Shown: in pieces, positions 7,612 through 15,528 of the stretch
How the letters are laid out: each line of letters opens with the position of its first letter
Position numbering within the stretch: the first letter of the stretch is position 1
Source: an uncultured archaeon
Lineage (GTDB): Archaea; Asgardarchaeota; Lokiarchaeia; Sigyniarchaeales; SOKP01
DNA: 20,382 bases
NCBI GenBank assembly: GCA_964447495.1
Contig: CAYUTF010000059.1
Coordinates: 1 to 20,382, forward strand
Reading direction: 5' to 3'
Program-made: the position numbers and the translations under genes
The notes under the pieces: model-generated
Told to the model about the DNA's origin: nothing
Databases searched by the model: none
Seen by the model: only the letters and a program-made list of their open reading frames with translations

Positions 7612-8094
7612 ATGAGAATCAAGAAAATTCTTTTCGTATGTTTAGGTAATACTGCCCGATCTCCTGCTGCTGAATTTCTTGCTCGTCATTACGCTAAGAT
7701 GTATGGAATAGATTTGCTCGTTCAAAGTGCTGGTTTTATCAATGCGTTTTCATATATGCAACCTGAATCACAGGAATATTTAAATGAGAAAGGAATAAAC
7801 AATTCTGATTTTAGACCTCAATTAATTAATCGGAACTTACTTGGAAATCAGGATTTAATAATTACAATGGAACAATCCCATGTTGATGATATTGTAAAGA
7901 AATATTCTGAGCTCGAAAACATAAATAACATAACTTTTACTTTAAAAGAATTTAATGGCGAAAGTTATGATTTAGATATAATCGACCCCTACTACACAAG
8001 TAAAGCGATGTACCAAAATGTTCTCAAAACTATTGATGAAAATGTTGAGAAACTGATAAAAAAAGTAAAAGAAATTAATATGAATTATGACTAA
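7612..8094 (+). CDS. Low-molecular-weight phosphatase (LMW-PTP/YwlE fold), paralog of 5988..6482
   Basis: P-loop LFVCLGNTARSPAAE, QSAG, DLIITME and IIDPYY. Confidence 0.9.
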   Translation: MRIKKILFVCLGNTARSPAAEFLARHYAKMYGIDLLVQSAGFINAFSYMQPESQEYLNEKGINNSDFRPQLINRNLLGNQDLIITMEQSHVDDIVKKYSELENINNITFTLKEFNGESYDLDIIDPYYTSKAMYQNVLKTIDENVEKLIKKVKEINMNYD

Positions 8095-8187
8095 TTTGTT
8101 TCTGATTTATCAGGCAAATCATTTAAAATTACATTACTGTCGAAATTATATAAAAATATAAATATAGTTTTTTAGAATAGATATGTA

Positions 8188-8715
8188 ATGAATGAGATAA
8201 CAATTAACAATACTGTTATCGAACTTTTTATAGGAGATTTAACACAGTCAGAATACGATGCCATCGTAATTCCAACTAATTCAAGATTGTTACCCAGTGG
8301 AGACTTAAGATGCAAAGTTGTAAGAGAAGCAGGCTCAACGGTCCAAGTGGAATGCAATGTAATTGCCCAGAAGATTTCAAACATTCCAGTGGGAAGTGCA
8401 GTAATTACCTCTGGAGGAAATTTAAAAGCTAAATATATAATCCATGCACGGGCAGGTCACGATGGAAAAAAATTAATGTTAGCAATTTGGAATAGTTTAA
8501 AGATAGCTGATAAACATAGTATTAAATCTTTGGTATTTCCACCACTTTCTAAGGACGTGATCGGTTTTACAACAAAAAAAAGTAGTCAGATTATGCTTCC
8601 TACGATTAAAAAATACGTTACTGAAAAAACTAGCTCCATTAACAACATCTCTATATGTTTGGAGACATTACCTGATTATAAGGAATTTGAAACAGTACTA
8701 GATAAAATTGTCTAA
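8188..8715 (+). CDS. Macro domain protein (divergent MacroD/YmdB-like)
   Basis: Motifs GDLT...DAIV, GSAVITSGGNLKAKYIIHA and SIKSLVFP. The NAAN and GGGV motifs are replaced by IPTN and SGDL. Confidence 0.85.
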   Translation: MNEITINNTVIELFIGDLTQSEYDAIVIPTNSRLLPSGDLRCKVVREAGSTVQVECNVIAQKISNIPVGSAVITSGGNLKAKYIIHARAGHDGKKLMLAIWNSLKIADKHSIKSLVFPPLSKDVIGFTTKKSSQIMLPTIKKYVTEKTSSINNISICLETLPDYKEFETVLDKIV

Positions 8716-8826
8716 AGATAGAAATCTTTGTTACTTATTCTTAATATTAAATTTTTTAAAGTTTCAGTTCATTATTAAATCATATTAAACATAACTATTT
8801 TTCTTAAAGGAAATAGGGATAGGATT

Positions 8827-9348
8827 GTGAGTATAGAAGAAATTAATAATTTGATTAAAAGTGATCCATCTAAAATTAATTCACTAAAAGGCTTTGAAAT
8901 TATTAGTGAATCGATGGTTTATAAAATATTAGATTTATTCGGTAAGAATGCCCTTCTTTCAATGTTATTCCAGATAGGAGCGGGACCTGGAGAATTAATT
9001 GCTAAGAGGATCAAAGAAAGTTATGGAAGAGAAGAATTTGAGATCCTTGAGGCTCTCATTGTTTTAATGAGAGAATTAAAGGAATTCTACTCCTTAAAAA
9101 TAATAAGTGCTGATGAAGATGATGAAAAGGTCGTATTAGTTGTTGAAAATCAGTGCTTTTTGAGAGAACCTATCAAACATAGAAGTAAATTACAATTTGG
9201 CAAAGCATTCTGTAGAATAAATAAAGGGTATTTCGAAACAGCTTTTAAAAATTTAATTGGAAAAAAAATTAGTAAGATTGAAATTAATTTTCTTCATAAT
9301 GATGAGGAAAAAGACGTTTGTGTAGAAAAATTAATTTTTTATAAATAA
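8827..9348 (+). CDS. V4R-like (V4R/HNOB/Bet3 superfamily) ligand-binding protein
   Basis: Helical N-terminus with LFQIGAGPGELIA, then the three-Cys pattern NQCFLRE, AFCRINKGYFETAF and DVCVE typical of V4R. GTG start. Confidence 0.65.
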   Translation: MSIEEINNLIKSDPSKINSLKGFEIISESMVYKILDLFGKNALLSMLFQIGAGPGELIAKRIKESYGREEFEILEALIVLMRELKEFYSLKIISADEDDEKVVLVVENQCFLREPIKHRSKLQFGKAFCRINKGYFETAFKNLIGKKISKIEINFLHNDEEKDVCVEKLIFYK

Positions 9349-9356
9349 AAAATAAC

Positions 9357-10481
9357 TTAACATCTTTCAGGATTTAATTTACAAAATCTTAAGGAAGACA
9401 ACACTTCTTCTTCTCCGATAAGTCCAAGTACATAATCATCTGAATCATCTTTTACCACAACTAAATGAAGCTTATTATTCTCCTTCATTAAGTTTTTAAG
9501 TGCATCCTTTCCAGAACCTTTTTCAGAGATTGTCGGAAATTGATTGATGGATCTCATAGCATATCCCACAATAAAAGTGTCTCTCTTCTCAATAGGAATT
9601 TTTTTGATATCATCTATGTGTATTATTCCCTCGATTTGTCCATTTCTTATCACCGGGAAATAATCTTTTTTATAGACCAAAAAATAATATTTCAATGCTT
9701 CTTCAACAGTTAAATTAAATGGCACCTCTAATCTTGGCATACTTATCATTTCTTTTACATGTAACTTAGATAAGGATAATTCATTAAGAGTTTGAATATA
9801 TGATTGTTTTGTTTGACTATTTAAAAAAAATCCGATTATAATAAACCAAAAGCCACTAAAAAATCCAAATAGAAATGTTTGCAAAATTCCATATCCTATC
9901 AAACCATAGGCGAAAAAACTACCTACTTGAGAAGCAATTCGTGTAGCAGAAACAATATCCTTTCTTCTATGCCAGAGAATAGCTCGTAGTATCCTCCCTC
10001 CATCAATAGGAAAAGCAGGTAGAAGGTTAAATAAACCCAGACCTATATTTGAAATCCCTGAATAAAGTAATGTCACCGCCAATAGAGCCGGCAATTGAAA
10101 GGGAATGCCATAATAAGTTAACAAAAATATACCGCCAATCAAAAGACTGGTTAAAGGACCCACAATTGTTATTATGATTTCACTTTTAGGATTCTTAGGG
10201 TCTTCTTCTATTTTTGATGCCCCACCGAATAAATAGAGCTCAATTTCAGTAACCTTTAAACCATATTTTTGCGCAACGGCGGAATGTGCAATTTCATGTC
10301 CTAAGACTGAAGCAAGAATTACTAAACCATTAATTAATCCAACGACGATCAATTCAATAATTGTTGCCCCGATTACTATACTCGCATAAAAGCTTGCTGC
10401 ATAAAATCCGATCAATCCTACTATTATCAGAGTACTTAAACTTACTTTAATGTTAAATCCATATATTTTAGCTATTTTCAC
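9357..10481 (-). CDS. Site-2 protease (M50 family) with C-terminal CBS domain pair
   Basis: HEIAH zinc motif, LFGGAS, VGPLTS and FNLLPAFPIDGGR, multiple TM helices and a CBS-like tail. GTG start with GAGGT 7 nt upstream. Confidence 0.93.
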   Translation of the reverse strand: MKIAKIYGFNIKVSLSTLIIVGLIGFYAASFYASIVIGATIIELIVVGLINGLVILASVLGHEIAHSAVAQKYGLKVTEIELYLFGGASKIEEDPKNPKSEIIITIVGPLTSLLIGGIFLLTYYGIPFQLPALLAVTLLYSGISNIGLGLFNLLPAFPIDGGRILRAILWHRRKDIVSATRIASQVGSFFAYGLIGYGILQTFLFGFFSGFWFIIIGFFLNSQTKQSYIQTLNELSLSKLHVKEMISMPRLEVPFNLTVEEALKYYFLVYKKDYFPVIRNGQIEGIIHIDDIKKIPIEKRDTFIVGYAMRSINQFPTISEKGSGKDALKNLMKENNKLHLVVVKDDSDDYVLGLIGEEEVLSSLRFCKLNPERC

Positions 10482-10798
10482 AATTTTTACCTCTCATAAC
10501 TAATTATAATTTCTTACTTCTATCCATATATCACAGAGTTGCCCTTAAATTACTTCACATTAATAATACAAAACAAGGATGTTCTTAAAATTATAATTTT
10601 TAAGAGTTTGTGGTGATTAGGTTTTAAATAAAAACATAGAAAATTTTCTTGAATATTAGAAATATGAAGAATTTTTTGAATTAGTTCATGGGTTTTTTCG
10701 TTTCGGTAAATGAAATGTTAAAATTAAAAAAAAAGATATGATTTAATTATTTGTTACTTAATTTGTTAATAAAATTTAATGAGGATGAAAACAAAAAA

Positions 10799-11986
10799 AT
10801 GGTTGACGTAAAGAATGTTTTAGTACTTGGGGCTGGTTTAATGGGCAGCGGGATTGCTCAAGTTTCACTCATGGCGGGTTATAATGTGAAACTTGTGGAC
10901 GTTAAAGATGAATTTGTAGATAATGGATACTCAAAAATTGAAGAAGGTTTGAGAAAATTAGAATCTAAAAAAGCTTTAGGTGAGGGTGTAACTGCTGACA
11001 GTATCTTGGCTAAATGTCAAAAATCAATTGATTTAGCTTCAGCTGTGAAAGATGTTGACATTGTTATTGAAGCGGTCATAGAAAAAATGGACGTTAAACA
11101 GAAAGTATGTAAAACTGTTATGGATAATGGTTCTTCTCATGTTATATTCGCTTCAAACACTTCTACGATGAGTATAACGGAAATTGGAAAAAATAGCGGC
11201 GCACCAGAACGTGTATGTGGCATGCATTTCTTTAATCCTGTACCATTAATGAGATGCATTGAAGTTATTAAAGGTGCGGCTACTTCCGATCAGACATTTA
11301 ACACTGCTATGGAAGTTGCAGGAAAATTCCCATGCTTAAGAGGTGATAGATATATTGCTCCAGTATTAAAAGATCGACCTGGATTTATTGTGAATCGAAT
11401 GAATTCTCCAGTTATTATCTATTTACACTGGGCATTTGATGAAGCAGAAAAACGAGGTATTCCATGGGAACGTTTAGATGCTGATGCAGGTGGTAAAATG
11501 CCTATGCCACCTTGTGTTTTGACAGATTTTACTGGGATTGACACAAACTTTCATATTATGAATTATTATAAAGAAACTTTATCTCCTGATTTTGAACCAG
11601 GAAAAGTAATAACAGATTTATACAAGAAAGGAGATTTAGGTCAAAAAACAGGAAGAGGTTTTTATGACTGGAGCAAAGGAAGAGATGCGATAATGGTCAA
11701 AATTAAAAATGCAGAACCAGCAGGTATCTTTGACTTAAATACACTTTTTGCAATAATGCTAAATGAGGGTTGTCGTATCTTAGATGAGGGTATCGCAAGT
11801 GGCTTTAAAGTCATCGACGAGGCTAATATGGCGGGAATGAATGCTCCAGGACCCTTTGGTGCTGGGAAAAAGAATTATGCTGAATGGTCTAAGATTTTAG
11901 AAGATTTAGCAAATAAGACCGGTAAAAAATATTTAAAACCAATTGAATTGATGAAATCTGGAGAATTTTCGAAGATGCGCAAATAA
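10799..11986 (+). CDS. 3-hydroxyacyl-CoA dehydrogenase with duplicated C-terminal domain, 395 aa
   Basis: Motifs VLGAGLMGSGIA, IEAVIE, ASNTST, GMHFFNP, PGFIVNR and LGQKTGRGFY. The likely start is ATG 10799, with GAGGATGA upstream. Confidence 0.93.
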   Translation: MVDVKNVLVLGAGLMGSGIAQVSLMAGYNVKLVDVKDEFVDNGYSKIEEGLRKLESKKALGEGVTADSILAKCQKSIDLASAVKDVDIVIEAVIEKMDVKQKVCKTVMDNGSSHVIFASNTSTMSITEIGKNSGAPERVCGMHFFNPVPLMRCIEVIKGAATSDQTFNTAMEVAGKFPCLRGDRYIAPVLKDRPGFIVNRMNSPVIIYLHWAFDEAEKRGIPWERLDADAGGKMPMPPCVLTDFTGIDTNFHIMNYYKETLSPDFEPGKVITDLYKKGDLGQKTGRGFYDWSKGRDAIMVKIKNAEPAGIFDLNTLFAIMLNEGCRILDEGIASGFKVIDEANMAGMNAPGPFGAGKKNYAEWSKILEDLANKTGKKYLKPIELMKSGEFSKMRK

Positions 11987-12004
11987 ATACCTTTTATTAA
12001 ATTA

Positions 12005-12038
12005 TTTACTTTATCTACTTTTTTTTATTTTTACTTTT
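12005..12038 (+). terminator. T-rich putative terminator after the dehydrogenase
   Basis: Long oligo-T runs 20-50 nt after the stop codon. Confidence 0.5.
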
Positions 12039-12200
12039 AAATGCACATTATCCTTGTTTTTAGTTAATTTCAATTTTATAAGATTGAAATTTTAAAACTT
12101 TTTAATTTGTAAAAACCTATTACTACTTAATCATTTTTAGGATAAATTAAACAAATCTTACAAAAAAAAAAAATTTAAATAAGGTAAAGGATGAATTAAA

Positions 12201-13154
12201 ATGGTAGAAGAACCAAAGTTTGAACATATTAAAATAGAATGGCCTACAGCTCGAGATGATCAAGGAAACGTAATAAGACAGGGAACTATTGATGGCAACT
12301 ACGCTGTTATCGTTCTTAATCGACCAGATAGACTCAATGCTTTAACAGAACAAACTGTAGCAGAAATCTCTCAAGCACTTCGTATCTTACAGTTAGATGG
12401 ATCAGTACGAGCAGTAGTTCTAAGAGGAACTAAGGATTTCACTAAAAAACCTGCATTTTCTGCAGGAGCTGATTTAGCAGCAATGGTGGATCCGAGACTT
12501 AAAATGAACGTTCCTATGCATATGAGTATGGCAATGAGAACGAGACATAGGGATTATGATGAGATGGAACAATTTTCCAAACCTTTAATTGCTGCTGTGG
12601 ATGGATTCGCTTTAGGCGGAGGTCTTGAACTGGTATTAGCTTGTGATATTGTTATTGCTAGTGATAGAGCGATCTTTGGAGTACCAGAAGTCCATCGAGG
12701 GATATTTCCCGCTAATGGAGGGGTTACTCGCCTAGCTGCAAGAGTTGGGCTCAATAGAGCGTTAAGAGCTGCTTTTTTTGGAGAACAATTCGATGCGAAA
12801 ACTATGCTTGAATGGGGTTTAGTATCTTGGATAGCTCCAGCTGGGGAAGAATTTGAAAAATTGGTCCATGAAAAAGCGAAATGGTTAGGTGATGCCGCTA
12901 CTACAGCGTTATTTATAATAAAGAAATGTGTTAAGTTTGGTACAAGATATCCCCAATTAGGTTTAATGATGGAGCAACTTGGTTTTGGAATAAATAGCGC
13001 AAGTTTTGATTCTAAAGAAGGCATAGCAGCATTCAATAGAAAAGTGCGTTGTCCCGTATGTGGGGGAAAAGGAAAGATGGAAGATGATAGTATATGTCCT
13101 AACTGTAAAGGAAGTAAACGCATCAAGGACACTCCCCATTTTAAAGGAACATAA
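12201..13154 (+). CDS. Enoyl-CoA hydratase/isomerase (crotonase family) with an inserted DnaJ-type zinc finger
   Basis: Motifs LNRPDRLNAL, AFSAGADL, KPLIAAVDGFALGGGLEL and FGVPEVHRGIFP, with both catalytic Glu present. CPVCGGKG...CPNCKGSK lies just before the terminal PHFKG. Confidence 0.92.
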   Translation: MVEEPKFEHIKIEWPTARDDQGNVIRQGTIDGNYAVIVLNRPDRLNALTEQTVAEISQALRILQLDGSVRAVVLRGTKDFTKKPAFSAGADLAAMVDPRLKMNVPMHMSMAMRTRHRDYDEMEQFSKPLIAAVDGFALGGGLELVLACDIVIASDRAIFGVPEVHRGIFPANGGVTRLAARVGLNRALRAAFFGEQFDAKTMLEWGLVSWIAPAGEEFEKLVHEKAKWLGDAATTALFIIKKCVKFGTRYPQLGLMMEQLGFGINSASFDSKEGIAAFNRKVRCPVCGGKGKMEDDSICPNCKGSKRIKDTPHFKGT

Positions 13155-13173
13155 TCGCGATAAAAATCCTAAC

Positions 13174-13196
13174 TTATTTTTTTCTTTTTATTTTTG
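13174..13196 (+). terminator. T-rich putative terminator after the enoyl-CoA hydratase
   Basis: TTATTTTTTTCTTTTTATTTTTG lies about 20 nt after TAA. Confidence 0.5.
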
Positions 13197-13246
13197 ATTG
13201 AATCTATAGTTTTAAAATGAAAGCATTATTTTTTATGTTAGCTATA

Positions 13247-13801
13247 ATGTATCGTAACATTGATATTATTGAAGAAATAAACGATAAAAATCTTTATCTT
13301 AGGAAGATATCGAAAGATGACTCTCTTTTTCTCTTTGAAAGTCTAAATGATAAAAGAACAACTAATTATTTGTCTTTAGGACCGTTGCAATCATTAGAAC
13401 GCTCAAAGAGACTTGTAAAAGGGTATTTAAAATCCTGGGATAAATATCTCCAGTTTAATTATATAATTGAATTACGGGAAAGAAATAAATCTAAAAAAAT
13501 CGGATCGGTAAGCGTCTGGAATATAAGTTGGTATCATAGACGGGCGGATATTGGCATATGGATTCTACCAGAATATTGGAATAAAGGAATAGGAAAGAGA
13601 GCGCTTACTTTAATTAAAAATGTTACATTCTTTCATTTATATTTCCATAGAATTGAAGCACATATAGCTTTAGATAATGAGCGTTCAATAAAGCTGTTTA
13701 AAAATGCAGAATTTTTAGAAGAAGGAATCTTAAGAGAATATTTGAGTTTAAATGGGAAATATTATGATGCTATATTATTGGCTTGCCTGAATCGGTCTTG
13801 A
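13247..13801 (+). CDS. GNAT family N-acetyltransferase, RimJ/RimL-like
   Basis: Motifs LYLRKI, ADIGIWILPEYWNKGIG, NERSIKLF and EGILRE...GKYYD. The start is ATG 13247 or an upstream ATG. It ends in TGA within a 27-nt overlap with the convergent gene. Confidence 0.9.
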   Translation: MYRNIDIIEEINDKNLYLRKISKDDSLFLFESLNDKRTTNYLSLGPLQSLERSKRLVKGYLKSWDKYLQFNYIIELRERNKSKKIGSVSVWNISWYHRRADIGIWILPEYWNKGIGKRALTLIKNVTFFHLYFHRIEAHIALDNERSIKLFKNAEFLEEGILREYLSLNGKYYDAILLACLNRS

Positions 13802-14212
13802 TATCATACTTTTAGGAATCATTTCTTTAATATCTTTCGAAAATCTCTTAAATGGGGTGATATTTCCTTTAAAGTCTAGTAGATCATCTTCAAATCGAGT
13901 AAAAAACCTTTTAAATATTCGTTGAGCCATTAAATCAACCATTTTTTTTCTACTTCGTTTATCATCCATTTTACTATCACATTTTAAGATTAGGTGATAT
14001 TTCGAATGGGGATCAGTATAAAAATAAAACACACACTTATCCATTTTCAGAGTATTTATACTCTCCTTGAATCCATACTTCGCAAATCGACAAATTTGGT
14101 CGAAATACGAAGCTATAAGTTGATAATTATGACTATCATTAATTTCTTCACAGAAATTATAATAAAAGATGGGAAGTCCTGTATCAGATAAAATGGTTAT
14201 TTCTTGAATCAA
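13775..14212 (-). CDS. Stand-alone longin-like domain protein
   Basis: MIQEITILSDTGLPIFYYNF (beta-hairpin with Gly), a helix, three strands (TLKM, VFYFY, YHLILKC) and two helices ending FKGNITPFKRF, which fits longin topology. TTG start. Confidence 0.65.
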   Translation of the reverse strand: MIQEITILSDTGLPIFYYNFCEEINDSHNYQLIASYFDQICRFAKYGFKESINTLKMDKCVFYFYTDPHSKYHLILKCDSKMDDKRSRKKMVDLMAQRIFKRFFTRFEDDLLDFKGNITPFKRFSKDIKEMIPKSMISRPIQASQ

Positions 14213-14355
14213 TGTTACTTTTCCAAAAACGTCAATTTTTATCCAAAAGTATATTGATCATAACATTATTTAAATATTACTAACAAAAAATTAGCCTTAA
14301 GATATTAATTAAAATCGTTATTAACGAGTAAATATATTATGAAAAAAAGTTGTCA

Positions 14356-15507
14356 TTACTCTTCGAAATATTCTTGGATATAATTTAGTATATCTTTATA
14401 TTTCGCTAGAGCTTCTTTAAAATGCTCTTTATTTAACTCATTTTCAGCGATCTCTGATTGTCTTTTAACTGAATTGCTTAGAAGTTCAAATCTATTAAAG
14501 TCTCGCATTTTAATATTCATAGCATCTCTTCTTTTTTCATATTTCTCAATGAGATCTTGCTTACCTATAAATCGAGCAATTTTAATAATTTGGATACAAT
14601 TTTCTTTAGCATTTTCATATTGTTCTGTTTTTATGTTTCTTTTTATTTTCTCATCTAATTCAACAATGTCATTCAAAAGTTTCTGATATTTTCCTTCAGC
14701 ATCCTCAATATATCTTTTTTTAGCTGCTAATTTTGTTGTATATTCAATAAAACCCTTTTCTTTCGATATTTTTATTAATAAGGATAAAAGAGAATGAGCC
14801 TCTTTGAATTTATATTCTTCTGTAAGAAATGAAATTATCTTTAACTTTTTCTCGAAATCATCTTTAAACTCATGATCTTTACTAATTTCCAAATACTTGG
14901 AGTGAAAATTTTTCCATTTGTTAATGATATAGTCAACATTTACGCTTTTTAATAGCTTATTTGCTTTTTCTAAAGTATCTTTAGCAAATGGGATATTATT
15001 GGTATTAATATAGCTACTGAACTGAATTTCTAAAGGTTCAAGCAGTTTAATTGTACTTTCTTCCGCTTTACAATAATTCCATCTTTTTATTTCATTTTTC
15101 ATAAATTGATCGATGGAATCAATCAAATTTAGATTGTAGTATTCTCCATATTTCTCTTTGAAATTTTCAACAAGGTGATGCGCGTCGTAGAATTTGTTCT
15201 TTTTAGAGAGGTCTTCGTATTTCTTTTTCATAGTTTCAAAATCCTCTAAGATTATTAAAGCTAATTTGTCAGTTTCAACTATTTTATATATACTAGCAAT
15301 AAAATCTTCCTGTTCTCTTATGAGGGAGTCCATTTTAACATCTAAAGCTAAGTTGATAATCTTTTCTGCAGCTTTAATTGCTTCAGAGTATTTTTTCATT
15401 AGTAAGTGATTATTTGCAATAACCTTTAATTCATCCATTTCAGAAATGACGGTAAGCTTGTCTTTTTTCTTGGTGGATAGTTTTTCATCATCCTTCATTA
15501 AAATCAC
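14356..15507 (-). CDS. All-alpha helical-repeat (TPR/UVR-like hairpin) protein, paralogous to the C-terminal part of 15529..16590
   Basis: K/E-rich, with recurring units KYSEAIKAAEKIINLA, KFYDAHHLVENF, KFKEAHSLLSLLIKIS, QYENAKENCIQIIKIA and HFKEALAKYKDIL. The start is GTG 15507 or ATG 15498. Confidence 0.75.
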   Translation of the reverse strand: MILMKDDEKLSTKKKDKLTVISEMDELKVIANNHLLMKKYSEAIKAAEKIINLALDVKMDSLIREQEDFIASIYKIVETDKLALIILEDFETMKKKYEDLSKKNKFYDAHHLVENFKEKYGEYYNLNLIDSIDQFMKNEIKRWNYCKAEESTIKLLEPLEIQFSSYINTNNIPFAKDTLEKANKLLKSVNVDYIINKWKNFHSKYLEISKDHEFKDDFEKKLKIISFLTEEYKFKEAHSLLSLLIKISKEKGFIEYTTKLAAKKRYIEDAEGKYQKLLNDIVELDEKIKRNIKTEQYENAKENCIQIIKIARFIGKQDLIEKYEKRRDAMNIKMRDFNRFELLSNSVKRQSEIAENELNKEHFKEALAKYKDILNYIQEYFEE

Positions 15508-15528
15508 TTTTAAGAATAATTTTCTTTT

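Noticed and set aside
8172-8384. 70-aa minus-strand ORF
   Set aside because: Antisense to the macrodomain gene.
10639-10678. Imperfect inverted repeat between the divergent protease and dehydrogenase genes
   Set aside because: Almost all A/T with mismatches, so expected by chance at this composition.
12554-13132. 192-aa minus-strand ORF
   Set aside because: Codon-register antisense shadow of the enoyl-CoA hydratase, Ser/Pro/Ala-rich and without motifs.
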